DNA of 64,000 bases. It comes from Chiloscyllium plagiosum (lineage: Eukaryota). The notes below the pieces were generated by a model that saw only the letters and a program-made list of their open reading frames with translations, did no database searches and was not told the origin of the DNA. Positions 1 to 23,329 of this stretch are shown here, piece after piece (the first letter of the stretch is position 1; each line of letters starts with the position of its first letter). Location: positions 14,171,839-14,235,838 of the forward strand of contig NC_057744.1 in NCBI RefSeq assembly GCF_004010195.1, in the 5' to 3' direction. Made by a program: the position numbers and the translations under genes.

Positions 1-313
1 TTCGAAGCACTGATTCTTCATCAGGTGGTTGCGGAGCAGAATCATAAGACACAGAATTTATAGCAACAGGATTGCAGTGTCATGGAACTTAATAATAAAC
101 AAATATAGCTTAAGTCTTTCATCTTTTAGAATGACCATGTTAGTTTCAGTTCCTTCATATGTAAATCTCAAAACGTTTTTAAAGTTACATTCTCAAGACA
201 GCTTTAACAATAGATGCCATCTCAGCTCAGCTAATGCATTAAAGTGTGAGGTTAAAGTCTGTCTGTGTCCCAATGTTAGGTCAGACTGATTCTATTTCTA
301 AAGTGGGGTTTAC
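1..313 (-). mobile_element. Penelope-like element terminal (pLTR-type) segment, cut by the window edge, with a degenerate hammerhead motif at 1-28
   Basis: Same family as 15825-16010 and 60107-60671 (cttcatcaggtgg...cacagaattt(a/g)tagcaa). Continues after a nested CR1 into the GIY-YIG-coding segment at 1041-1452. Confidence 0.65.
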
Positions 314-1040
314 AGGGAGTGTTGCTGAACAAAGAGACCTTGGAGTGTAGGTTCATAGCTCCTTAAAAGTGGAGTCACAGGTAGATAAGTTAGTGAAGAA
401 GGCATTTGGTATGCTTTCCTTTATTAGTCAGAATATTGAGTACAGGAGTTGGGAGGTCATGTTGCGGCTGAACAGGACATTGGTTAGGCCACTGTTGGAA
501 TATTGCATGCAATTCTTGTCTTCTTCCTATCGGAAAGATGTTGTGAAACTTGAAAGGGTTCAGAAAAGATTTACAAGGATGTTGCCAGGGTTGGAGGATT
601 TGAGCTATAGGGAGAGGCTGAACAGACTAGGGCTATTTTCCCTGTAGCGTCGGAGGCTGAGGGGTGACCTTATAGAGGTTTACAAAATTATGAGGGGAAT
701 GGATAGGATAAATAGACAAAGTCTTTTCCCTGGGGTGGGGGAGGCCAGAACTAGAGGGCATAGGTATATGGTGAGAGGGGTAAGATATAAAAGAGACCTA
801 AGAGGCAACGTTTTCACGCAGAGGGTGATGCATGTATGGAATGAGCTGCCAGCGAAAGTGGTGGAGGCTAGTACAATTGCAACATTTAAAAGGCATCTGG
901 ATGGGTATATGAATAGGAAAGGTTTGGAGGGATATGGGCTAGTTGCTGGCAGGTGGGACTGGATTGGGTTAGGATATCTGGTCAGCATGGACAGGTTGGA
1001 CCGAAGGGTCTGTTTCCATGCTGTACATCTCTATGACTCT
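314..1040 (+). mobile_element. CR1/HER1-type LINE, 5'-truncated 3' fragment nested in a Penelope-like element
   Basis: ORF fragments VRPLLEYCMQF, LERVQKRFTRMLPGL, FTQRVMHVWNELP (CR1 ORF2 C-terminus). Family tail gaagggtctgtttccatgctgtacatctctatgactct; tacag at both junctions. Confidence 0.9.
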
Positions 1041-2068
1041 ACAGAATCTTGCATGTATTTATGCAGTTTTTGAGTAAATTAAACTTTCATTCTGCAAGGA
1101 CAAATTCATCCCACAAGCTCATATGTGTGTGTGTGTGTCTGCAGGGGAGACCGAGTGAGTGTGCATGTCAGTGTGTCTGAGAGTGTGTATGTGTAATAGG
1201 TTATAAGTCTATGAGAGTGTGCATGTGTGGGTGTGAGGGGTATATGTGTGAACATATGAGAGAGAGTTTGTGTGTGAGAAAAGGTCTGCTTGAGTGTGAG
1301 TGCATGTGTCTGCTTGTGTGAGAGCGTACAGTGCAGTGGGGTCACCTGTAGTGTGACATGAACCCAAAGGCCCAATTCAGGCCATCCCCATGGGTACCAA
1401 ACTTGACTATCAGCCTCTGCTCGGCCACTTTGCATTGTTGCCTGTCCCGAAGGAGGATGGTCACCCAAAGGTCTGAGGCCAAATGTGGACTTTGGGACAG
1501 ACAACAACGCAACGTGGCTGAGCAGAGGCTGATCGCCAAGTTCAGTATCCATGGAAATAGCCTCAACTGGGACTTTGGGTTCATGTCACACTACAGGTGA
1601 CTCCACTGCACTCTCACACACAAGCATAGAAATGCACATACCTCACACACATATATGCACTCCTATAGACCCACACACTCATGTAGACCCTCTCTCAAGC
1701 TCTTTCATATGCTCACACATATACCCCCCATACTCACACCCACACACGCATCCTCTCACAGACTTATACCCCATTACACTCACACTTTCTCACAGACACA
1801 CACACTCCCACAAGCGCACACTCACTCAGTCTCCCCTGCACACAAACACATGTAGGTTTGTGGTGTGAATTTGTTCTTGCAGAATTACACTTTATTTTGC
1901 TCAAAAACTGCATAAATCCACGTAAGATTCTGTAAATCGCAGAAGAGGCCTGAAGAAAAACCTGAAGAGGCACTGCTTCAAAAGCTAGTACTTCCAAATA
2001 AGCTGATGGACTAACACCTGTTGTTGTATGATTTTTAACTTTGCCCACCCCAACACCAGCACCTCTCA
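1041..2068. mobile_element. Inverted pair of Penelope-like segments (GIY-YIG endonuclease C-terminus plus CA/TG-rich UTR) and terminal segment
   Basis: Minus ORF 1342-1584 ends DRQQCKVAEQRLIVKFGTHGDGLNWAFGFMSHYR and plus ORF 1358-1600 ends DRQQRNVAEQRLIAKFSIHGNSLNWDFGFMSHYR; the E..LI..F.T...GLN pattern is typical of Penelope GIY-YIG ends. Arms 1041-1452 and 1490-1933 are imperfect reverse complements. Confidence 0.75.
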
Positions 2069-3289
2069 ATCGTACTAACAACACAACACTCAGGTATGGT
2101 GCTAATGAGAGAATGTCCCACCACATTCAGGGCTGTTTTTGTTATGGAAGTAAAAATAGGTATGCATAGCCAGTTTCTGGGTATGCATGGGCATGGGTAT
2201 AATACTTGCATTTGAACCTTGCTGAATATTGCAAGCATTTTTTGTTTCTATTCAAATTTCTAGCATTTGGTAGTATTCTTCATTTCAATAATGTTAACAT
2301 AACTGAATTGAATTTTGGAACAAGTTCAAGTGGATGACATCTTAAGCTTCCTGTAGATAGTAAATATCTTATTTTCACATACTTGACAGTTGTAAAGTGA
2401 GGCCTACACATCTTAGAAAGCTTTTGATTCCTTGATTGCCATGAACAAAGGGATTTTAAAAATCAGAGATTGAAGTCAAACAGGTTTCTAAAAGAGATAG
2501 TTACAAGATTTTTTGATGAACCCAAAAGGATGATTTTGTTGGAAGTTAGCATCATCTTGCATGGCATGTTCTTTATTTTGCATTATTACACAATACGAAG
2601 ATGTACTGATCAAGTTATCTGAGTCGGATCAAACCTGGTGTTCCATATGTTCAGTTTTCCATGAATTAAAACAGTAAAGCTATTTTCGTCCGGCCTTCTC
2701 TCACCAAGTGATGTATATACCTTCGAACTACCTTCGAAGATGAAAGAACTATATAATCGAAAAACATCAGTGTTCTGTTCAAGTAACAAAATGGATGTCA
2801 TTTTTATACAAAAACAAAAACAGAAATTCCTACAAAATCTCTGCAGGTCTGGCAGCATTGGTGGAGAAAAATCAGAGTTAATGTTTCAGGTCCAGTGACC
2901 TTTCATTTTTATACATTTGGATTATACTATTTTCAAGCAAATAAAAGAAAGTAAAAGTAAGATATTTGGGGTACTTGAGAGAGCAATTGTTGCCACTGAA
3001 CTGAAATTTTGACTATGAGAAAGGCAAGAAAAAAATCATTGGTTTATCAGTTTTACGATGTGAAATAAATCTTATAAAAGTACATAAACTGATTTTAACA
3101 AATAATTATTGGAATCTCTTTTGGGGCAAAAGGGACAAGAAGGACGGTGTGCACCTAGATTGGAAGGGGCCTATATATATTGGCAGGGAGATGTGCTAGA
3201 GCTGCTCGGGAGGATTTAAACTAGTAAGGTGGGGGAGGGGTGGCGGTGGGACCCAGAGAGATAGTGAGGAAAGAGATCAATCTGAGACT

Positions 3290-3420
3290 GATTCGGAGAT
3301 GCCGGTGTTGGACTGGGGTGTACAAAGTTAAAAATCACACAACACCAGGTTATAGTCCAACAGGTTAAATTGGAAGCACACGAGCTTTCGGAGCGACGCT
3401 CCTTCATCAGGTGATTGTCC
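3290..3420 (-). mobile_element. Short Penelope-like terminal fragment inserted in the CR1 copy, carrying a hammerhead motif
   Basis: Near-identical to 60107-60196 (aaagttaaaaatcacacaacaccaggttatagtccaacagg...). Interrupts CR1 sequence that is continuous in the copy at 41450-41490. Confidence 0.8.
3379..3413 (-). ncRNA. Minimal type I hammerhead ribozyme motif (Penelope-associated)
   Basis: Minus strand CAC-CUGAUGA-A-GGAGC(GUC)GCUCC-GAAA-GCU-C|GUG: core CUGANGA and GAAA, 5-bp stem II, CAC/GUG stem I, palindromic AGCU in place of stem III, UH cleavage site. Confidence 0.6.
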
Positions 3421-6400
3421 TGAAGTGAGTCAAACAGTCAGGGCAGGCAGATACAAGGTAGGACTAATAAATTAAACTACTTTTATTTCAATGCAAGGGG
3501 CCTAACAGGGAAGGCATGGTTAGGAACATGGGACTGGGATATCATAGCAATTACAGAAACATGGCTCAGGGATGGGCAAGACTGGCAGCTTGATGTTCCG
3601 GATACAAATGCTTCAAGAAGGATAGAAAGGAAGGCAAGAGTCAGAGAGTCATAGAGATGTACAGCATGGAGGAGGGGGAGTGGTGTTTCTGATAAGGGAT
3701 AGAATTACAGCTGTGCTGAGGGAGGATATTCCTGGAAATACATCCAAGGAAGTTATTTGGGTGGAACTGAGAAATAAGAAAGGGATGATCACCTTATTGG
3801 GATTGTATTATAGGCCCCCCAACAGTCAGAGGGAAATTGAGAAACAAACTTGTCAGGAGATCTCAGCTATCTGTAAGAATAATAGGGTGATTATGGTCGG
3901 GGATTTTAACTTTCCAAACATAGACTGGGACTGCCATACTGTTCAGGGTTTCGATGGAGAGGAATTTGTTCTGATTTGGTATGTGGTTGTACCTACTAAA
4001 GAAGGTGCAAAACTTGACCTAATCTTGGGAAATAAGACAGGACAGGTGACTGAGGTGTCAGTTGGGGAGCACTTTGGGGTCAGCGACCATAATTCTATTA
4101 GATTTAAAATAGTGATGGAAAAGGATAGACCAGATCTGAAAGTTGAAGTTCTAAATTGGAGAAAGGCCAATTTTGACGGTATTAGGCAAGAACTTTCAAA
4201 AGCTGACTGGGGACAGATGTTCGCAGGTAAAGGGACAGCTGGAAAATGGGAAGCCTTCAGAAATGAGATAACGAGAATCCAAAGAAAGTATATTCCTGTC
4301 AGGGTGAAAGGAAAGGCTGGTCGGTATAGGGAATGCTGGATGACCAAACAAATTGAGGGTTTGGGTAAGAAAAAGGAAGCCTATGTAAGATATAGACAGG
4401 ATAGATCGAGTGAATCCTTCGAAGGGTATAAAGGAAGTAGAAGTATACTTAAGAGGGAAATCAGGAGGGCAAAAAGGGGACATGAGGTAGATTTGGCAAA
4501 TAGTATTAAGGAGAATCCAAAGAGCTTTTACAAATACATTAAGGACAAAAGTGTAACTAGGGAAAGAATAGGGCCCCTCAAAGATCAGCAAGGCAGCCTT
4601 TGTGTGGAGCCGCAGAAAATGGGGGAGACACTAAACGAGTATTTTGCATCAGTATTTACTGTGGAAAAGGATATGGAAGATATAGACTAAACGCAAGGTG
4701 CTGCATTTTGGGAAAGCAAATCTTAGCAGGACTTATACACTTAACGGTAAGGTCCAAGAGAGTGTTGCTGAACAAAGAGACCTTGGAGTGCAGGTTCATA
4801 CCTCCTTGAAAGCGGAGTCGCAGGTAGATAGGATAGTGAAGAAGGCGCTTGGTATGCTTTCTTTCATTGGTCAGAGTATTGAGTACCGGATTTGGGAGGT
4901 CATTGGTTGGGCCACTGTTGGAATATTGCATGCAATTCTGGTCTTCCTATCGCAAAGATGTTGTGAAACCTGAAAGGGTTCAGAAAAGATTTACAAGTTG
5001 CCAGGGTTGGAGGATTTGAGCTATAGGGAGAGGCTGAACAGGCTGGGGATGTTTTCCCTGTAGCGTCAGAGGCTGAGGGGTGACCTTATAGAGGTTTACA
5101 GAATTATGAGGGGCATGGATAGGATAAATAGACAAAATCTTTTCCCTGGGGTCAGGGAGTCCAGAACTGGAGGGCATAGGTTTATGGTGAGAGAGGAAAG
5201 ATATAAAAGGTACCTAAGGGGCAACATTTTCACACAGAGGGTGGTACGTGCATGGAATGAGCTGCCAGGACAAGTGGTGGAGGCTGGTACAATTGCAACA
5301 TTTAAAAGGCATTTGGATGGGTATATGAATAGGAAGGGTTTGGAGGGATATGGGCCGGTTGCTGGCAGGTGGGACTAGATTGGGTTGGGATATCTGATCG
5401 GCATGGATGGGTTAGACTGAAGGGTCTGTTTCCATATTGTACATCTCTATGACTCTATATGCAGATATTGAGTGAGAGCTGCACTGGCTGAACAGTAATT
5501 TGCTCAATCTTTGAATGTCTGGTTCCACTTGAAGTAAATATTCAGTGCCAAAATATTGGTATTGTGGTGAGATGCTGTAGATGGAATTGAATGCCAGACT
5601 TTAATTGGCCCATTTTTGGAATTATAAGAACTGGATAGAAGGAAAAAAACAAATAAATTACGAACAACATTGTTTTAGAGCCTTAAGTTGGAACATTGAA
5701 TCTGCTATTTGGCATTGGCAAGGCAGGTGATTTGTCATTTCAGCAGGAGAGAAGCAGCAGCTACCCTTCTCAGAATCCAAGACAAGTAAAATAGTTTTAT
5801 TCCACATGGTCTGATGAATGAAGCCTACTAGCTGCTGTAGGTAAATCCATTTTCTGGTGTCAGTTTCAGTTCAATCTAGATGGTGGTGCTGGCAATCATT
5901 GCATTTCTATTAAGACAAGTGTGAGAAACAAAGCTCACACACTTCAATAATTGCAGTCCGTGAGACAAAATCTGAATCAGTAGTGTCCTTTATTTTACTC
6001 TTGCAAGAGGGTGTGATGTCCAGTGTCTACAAGGCAAGGGACACACACACCAAATTCAATTAATACACGATATTTATATAATTTGGTTTCTTTTTTTTTC
6101 ATTGCTCCTCCCCTGTTTACATCTTCCACTTCCCTAAGACCATTACTCCTGTTTATCTCTTGCCTTATCCAGCCTTGTCTGTGACAAAATGTTTATTTCT
6201 GGCCTCACAAGGCCGTTTGACCTCATCCCACTGTGGGTCATTGTTAGGCATATTCTTTCTTCACCATTATCTACTCCCTCCATCTGTACCTTTGCCTACC
6301 ATACTGATCCTTATGACCCTTTTAACTGGGGTTTGTTCCTGTGTTTCTGTAAAAGTGGAAAACAGATGTTTATACCTACTGTTTGTACAGGCGTATCTAG

Positions 6401-7392
6401 CTTAACTTCCTCCCCTCACATCATCTTATCTGTTCGCCTGTAATATCTACATTGTTTTGCAGTCACGTTTCATTCTTGCATACAATTTTAGCCAATACAA
6501 AAACAATTATGTATTTTCTCCACATAGTTTCCATTCTTGTTGACTCAGCTCTTGGCTAAAACAATTACACACTGGTGTGAGTTCATTTACTTTGTATAAG
6601 TAATTAGAATTGCAGAAGTAACACTACTTTTCCTATACCCACACAAGGCATCCCATTTTTGTATTATATTCTCCATGTGAAAGATCCGTCTGCGTTTGCA
6701 CTTTGAAGAGAGTGCACCCGTGAGTGGATCTTGGGCTTCACTTGTTAATCGCATATCACAGGCTCTGAAACTGCAAACATAATCTCACATTCAATCCTAT
6801 TAACGACGCCCTGGTCTAATGTCATCACCTTGAACTGTCGTCCACCTCGATTTTCATTCTGCCTTGGAAACGGCAGAGTTGTGAGACACTTTTAAAGTGA
6901 GTGTCATGCAGCTACAAAATCTAAGCCTGAGGACAAAACCAGAATGACTTCAACGCTAACCATTAAAATGTGAAATTGCTCAAGATGGAGCTGGTAAAGT
7001 TTCGAAATATAACACATATGGAATTAAAGTCGTCAATAATTGCACCATTTAAAGTCTGGCACTGGTCAGAGCTGGTGGGGCATACCTTAAAATGGTACAA
7101 TTATCATATTAAATTTCCTTGATTTCGGCTGCAACTAAACATCTAATCCGACAAACATGTGTTTTGCTTGCCAACAAAAAAATCAGAAATTGATGGAAAA
7201 TGTTTTTGCTCTTGTTTCAGATTCCAACATCAGCATTACTTCATTCTATTTAGATGTTTTGCTTATCTCATTCCTTCGAATGAGGAGGGAGATGGATGAG
7301 AAACCTTTCCAATAGAATTTCTTTTTTGTTGCTGAAGAAATATTTCGGTTTGTTCAAGCTCGTTTTCTTTACTCCCACTCAGCTAATTGAGG

Positions 7393-7417
7393 CGAAGGTT
7401 CTGGATCTTTCCAGATG
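7393..7417 (+). promoter_or_regulatory. Distal heat shock element of hspa8 copy A
   Basis: cGAAg gTTCt gGATc tTTCc aGATg: alternating inverted nGAAn units. Confidence 0.75.
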
Positions 7418-7468
7418 GACCGATGGGGATAGCCCGCGGAGCCCGCTCAGCACCAAGAACAGGGGAGA

Positions 7469-7599
7469 GGGCGGGCGCTCCTTCCTATTGGCCATTGGGT
7501 ACCAATTAGGGGCGGGGTCTTGTGACGCCGTGGCCGGAGAACGCGCTCCTGGTTGGTTGGAAGGTTCCGGTTCTTTCCAGAAGCTTCTGTGGTGATTGG
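7469..7599 (+). promoter_or_regulatory. Proximal promoter of hspa8 copy A: GC boxes, CCAAT boxes, CRE-like half site, six-unit HSE
   Basis: GGGCGG at 7469 and 7510; ATTGG/CCAAT at 7487, 7494, 7502, 7595; TGACG at 7523; HSE gGAAg gTTCc gGTTc tTTCc aGAAg cTTCt at 7559-7588. No canonical TATAAA seen. Confidence 0.8.
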
Positions 7600-7619
7600 C
7601 AAAAGAAAAAACGCTGTGA

Positions 7620-7723
7620 GCTGCAGTGTGACCGGTAGAGCAGTGGGAGCATTTATTGTTTGTTCACTTGAAGAGGCAGAGTTGTAGTTTGCTGCTTTTT
7701 TAAAAATTGTTTTTCCAACGAAA
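7620..7723 (+). other. Probable non-coding exon 1 of hspa8 copy A (start approximate)
   Basis: Donor AAA|GTAAGT at 7723/7724 just downstream of the promoter. Vertebrate HSPA8 has a non-coding first exon. Confidence 0.55.
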
Positions 7724-9278
7724 GTAAGTATTGTTTCTTGCTCGCTCATCTCCAAATGTGGTGCGTCAATAATAGGGCTGTTGAATTTTTTTTCTGGATA
7801 ACGGTCCTTTGAATGCTGCATACTTATCCTGTGCGTATGTATGTTATTCTTATAAATAATCAATTGACAAAGAACTGGTTTCTTTCGCCCGTGATGGTTT
7901 AAATTGTTTAGTTATAGCTGTTGCGGATTTGTGAAGGTGAGGAGGTGACTTTGCTGTGAAGAAACAATCCTGATCTCAGCAGCATCTTACATCCTGCAGC
8001 ATCTTTCATTGAGCCAGATTTTTATTCTTAGCCACACTGATGTGAATTTGAGTGATACTTTTTTAAAGTGTTTAATTAAGTTTTAAGGATCCTCGCAGTT
8101 TGATAGGTTGGTTACGGGTTTTTTAAGCACTTTCTGTTTGATCTTTCAGTGATCAACCTTTTTTTTTAATCCACAGTTTAGATCTAATACGCGGTATGCT
8201 TCTTGTTTCTAATAAAACAATTCGTTCGCGAAGCTTGTGATAACGAATCACCACTTTTCATTCAAATATTGTCGACCTCCGAACGCTTTCACTTATTCAT
8301 CTATTAAGTAAATGGGTTTTGTTGCAGCTAACTTTGTTCACAAAACACTTAAGCGTGTCTCTTTAATGCCACCAAAAATGATTCTTAACAGTTTCAACCC
8401 AGCCTTGTGTGAAATATTCTAAGTATATCATCATAGAATTGGAATCGCTTTTTAAAATTCATAATGGGTCTGAAAGATTATAATCCGAAGGGGGGGAGCT
8501 GTAATTAATGCCTGTCTCACTTTGGAACGTTTTAAGCAGCACATTCTGTCTTTGACTTGCCCTCCAAATCAATATAATCCAATTTAAAAACTGCAAACGA
8601 GCGGCATGTTAATGTGCATTATCTGCATAGATGTTCAGATATGTTACGTGTACATTTAAATGATTCTGAACAAGAACCACAGGAGTTAAGCCCCATTCAG
8701 CAATTAATTGTCGCTTGTTCAATGACTTAAGACTATTCAAAATGTATTCCTCTGCTTAGAAAACTTAATTTTTCCAGAACTAGATTTCCAATTGGTGGTG
8801 ACAAACTATTTCATGTATAATAATACCATACTAAAAGGAGATCAAGGTCTTGTTCACTGATTTCATCTTGGTAAATCATTCAGTGGTGCAATGGTTGGAT
8901 GAGGCTAATATGGATAGGTCTTAAGACTTGTTTTTTCTTTCACACTCTTCCCTGCTTTAAGTAATATGTAGTCTCAAGAATGTCATTAATTAAGATTAGT
9001 GATATTTAATTCCTGTTAGCTATTAACTTTTTTAATGAACTTGAACTCAAATCAAAATTACTGCAGCACAGAGACCCTTTTAGTTTGAATTTGTGCCAGC
9101 TCTAAGTAGCAAATCATGGGGTGTTCTCCTGTCTTTCTCTTTTCAGTGTCTGATCAATCTTGCATTCTAAATCACCCTTGTTCTGCTCTGTCCAGATCCC
9201 TCATGATCTTGAATACTTTTATCAAATCAAAACTGAAGAAACGGCCTCAATTGTTCAAACTTTCTTTTTACAGACAAA

Positions 9279-19972
<10,694 letters not shown>

Positions 19973-20124
19973 AATGTACAGTAAGAATCAGTGAGACTAA
20001 ACTGGATGTTATTCGTGTACTGTGACATAAGAATGCAAAATGTATCACTGCTGTAACCGAATATGGTGTAAAAGTTCATGAGACTGAAAAGCATCTTTAA
20101 ATTCCAGTTCAAAACTTGTCTTCT

Positions 20125-20130
20125 AATAAA
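20125..20130 (+). terminator. Polyadenylation signal of copy A
   Basis: AATAAA ~150 nt after the stop codon, followed by a GT/T-rich stretch. Confidence 0.7.
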
Positions 20131-21287
20131 AGAACAATACATATACTAGAAGTTGTTTTCCTTCACTCCTAACCTTTATCTCATCTGGGTAAAGATGACA
20201 GTTGGAATTGTACAGCACTGAGGTTTAAAGCCTCCAGTTCTTTGTAATCACTTTTCAAGTGAATTTAAATAGCATATGCCTAAATGGAATCCTGTACTCT
20301 CCAAGATCCAGGTATACTTGCAGCAGAATTTGTGGATCCATCAAGAGCTCTGGGCATGTTCTTTCTAGCCAATAAAGTAAAATGTACCACACCCAACAAA
20401 TCAATGTGTATAGTTTGTCACCTTTGATATCCTTTGTTCTATTTAGTTTGGATTTTTGTTAAGCAATGTATTGAAAGTCTGAAATTGTTGGAACCTAGAT
20501 TTCAATTGCCAGGGGCCAGGTTTTCTAAATACAATTTCATAAAACTGCAGGTGTCCTTCATCTGTGACCCTTCTGCTAGAAGTCATTGGATAATTGTGTT
20601 CCAATAGATTTTTTTTTTCCCTAGTACTTGCAGCTGTTAATTTGGCTTGACCAGGACCTCCATTTGCTTTCATATCTTTGCAACACAACCTTTTTTGTTT
20701 TGCATCCAATTACTATTTAAAGTATGGTTACTGTCTTTCACTTAAGGAGTGATGACTTAAACATACTTGACATTTGACACTTTCACTAAATATCCTTCAG
20801 ATAAGGAGCAAAATCAATGTTTTAACTAGCTACTATATAAGATATTGGAAAGTAAGCTTTTTAAGTTGATTTCATTTCACCAATGTTCCTCATTCTCCTA
20901 GCCTTCCTCTTCCACACCTCCCTACCAATCCTCTAATGTCAGAGCAGCTCGTGAGCGGTTTGCTCAGTTGACTGAAATGTTTCATCCCCTTTTACTATCA
21001 AGACATTTTATGTAAGTTTATCTGCTTAAACAATTTTTATCTTCCAGGTTACTTCCCTCTTGCCTCCCTTGTGCTGAAGTACTTGTTGAATCGTGATTCT
21101 TTGGTGCTCAAAATCAGTGTCTTCAATATGTGCACCATATACAGCCCTCAGTATGTAAAGGTTTTTATGTCGGACCTTTAGTAAAGGAATTTCTCATCTT
21201 TATTTCCAGTTAAAGACATGAGTATTTTGGTTTTGGATTCTAGGTTCCATTTTGGAGTTTGGAAACTATCATCTAAAAATATTACTC

Positions 21288-21595
21288 TGACGGTGCAGTA
21301 GTAATGTCACTGGGCTAGTAGTCTGATGCAATGGTAATGTTATTAATAAATGGATCCAGAATTCCATAGCAGTCTGACATTTTTTTCAGTTCTTAAAAAA
21401 AGCCAAACTCATGGTACTCAGCTGACTGCTAGAAATCTACCTGGTTCACTTAAGCATTTTGAGGGAAATATATTGTTACCCTGTCTTGCATCTGACTCAA
21501 CTCACCATAATGGGGTTGACTTAACTCTGTTTTTAATAATTAAGAACAGATGGTAAATGCTGGACTAAGCAGTGACATTTGCATCCCATAAATGC
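21288..21595 (+). mobile_element. Degenerate SINE sharing its 3' tail with the LINE family at 34200-37520
   Basis: tRNA-like start ggtgcagtagtaatgtcactgggctagt; tail taaatgctggactaagcagtgacatttgcatcccat resembles 37478-37510. Confidence 0.5.
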
Positions 21596-23329
21596 TGTAA
21601 ATCTTCACTATCCATGAAATTGTAAATCTCATTCATGTTATCCACTTGTCAGCTTGCTTGTTGAGCTGGTAGATTTTGTTCTGATGTTTTGGTCACTTAT
21701 GTGCCAAAAAATTAAAATTCAACATCCATGGGCAAAACCCATGTCTGTGCAATTTTTTTATCTTTCAAGTGCAGAGCTAGTTCAAATTTCATAATTTGCA
21801 GGGGTTCTCCAGAATGGAGCCATCATAGCCATGAAAAATGACTTATTGTTCTTTTTTTTCCAGGGCTAGGTTTGTTCAACTTAGGTATATGTTTCAAAGC
21901 TAGGTTATTCCAGAAGTCAAATTGTGTCCTTCTATTCCTTTCGTGGGAAATCTCCTTTATCAGATTTGATCCTACCTAAGCCCTTTAATTGCCAAGACCA
22001 TTTGCTTGGTTAAAATTGTAAACTGTTTGCAATAATACTAATGTCTAATTTGGCTTGCCAACTGCTTCTTGTATCCAGCAGGTTGAAGAAATGTTAGGTT
22101 ACAATGCTTTGGGTATTATGAAAGGCTAGCTGATGTTTTCCTACCTTGCATTTTCACATCTTAAGACATTTGGCTACCAGGGCAGTGGGTGAGAAGTGCA
22201 CGATCTCCTAATCCAACATCTGGTATAGAGCAGAGAAGGACAAAAGGAGATATGATAGTTTTGAATTTATACCTTGCATAAGAGCATAACTTTGAATTAA
22301 TGGATTAGCAGGCAGCAGAGACAGATTTGAAGTAGTCAGGAGAATCAGAATCAATGTTTCTATAAAGCATGTTAAAATTAGGAATGCACTGCTTGAAAAG
22401 GTGTTGAAACATTCAATGTATTTTAAAAAGTAATTTGACCAATTCCTGAAGGGAAAGCAAATTGTAGGACTATGCAGAAAGAGTACTCAGGTGGGACTAG
22501 TTGGAAAATTTACCAAAATGGCAGCACAGGTATAAACAAGGGGATATGACACATTGAACTATGAAAGTTGTAATCTATTATCTCCATGTAAAGTCAGGTG
22601 TGATTCAATTTATCTCACCCAAAGATGGAACACATTAGAGTGGAATGGAAACCTTGCCAACCGTGAACTATAGCCTACTTTGTAACTAAAAGTGACAAGT
22701 GCATAATATTTCAGTTTTTCAGTATGCTAACATTGCACATGTTGAACTATTTGTGCAAAAATGTTTCTGGTGATACTGGATAGCATTTTACAAATCTCTT
22801 GGGTATAGAGGCCTATAGCATATTGGTCATTGTTATTGGTTGAGGATTCTGGATGCTTGCAGAATAATCCAGAGAATACAAGTTCAGATGTCATTGTAGC
22901 AGTTTGAGGTTCTAAATTATCTGAATATAAATAGCAGCTATGTATTAAGGGTGACCTTGATGTTGCTGAATTGTCATAGAAGCTAACCACTTTGGCTATC
23001 TTGGATAAAGGAAAATATGCTTTTAGCACCTGCCCCCCCCCCCCATCCCAATCTCAATGTGAGAAACCAGTACCATTTCAAAGGGGGTTTACTCTGTTTT
23101 ACTCAGGAGTTGTTTCCCAAACTTTTCAGAACGTTTTAGCTACCTTCTCAGCACAATTAAGCGTGGACAAGAAATGGCAGGCTTCCCTGCAATAGCCAGA
23201 GAATGGATAGAAAGACCAGTTTATCTTTATAGTGCCTTTAAATGGTACTTTACGGGAATAGAATCCATTACAATTTGTTATTAAATGACAGACGAGTTAG
23301 AGCAAGTACTCAAAGTTCAATCTTCCATT

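Larger units (their letters stand above)
3105..5458 (+). mobile_element. CR1/HER1-type LINE, internally deleted (ORF1 end, APE endonuclease, 3' end), with nested insertions
   Basis: ORF 3680-4690 has APE motifs (GLYYRPP, VGDFNFP, LDLIL, SDH). It jumps at ~4690 to late ORF2 (LHFGKANLSRTYTLNG) and ends in the family tail at ~5458. Frameshifts and stops present. Confidence 0.9.

Noticed and set aside
1120-1850. His/Thr-rich ORFs and apparent repeat arrays
   Set aside because: Translations of degenerate CA/TG microsatellite-like UTR of the Penelope element; not CRISPR-like and not coding.
2610-2858. Minus-strand 82-aa ORF in relatively CpG-rich sequence
   Set aside because: It starts inside a repeat, has no recognisable motif and no convincing splice sites.
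3680-4690. 336-aa ORF as a host gene or an active LINE
   Set aside because: It is a CR1 APE-domain fragment with upstream frameshifts and the RT domain deleted.
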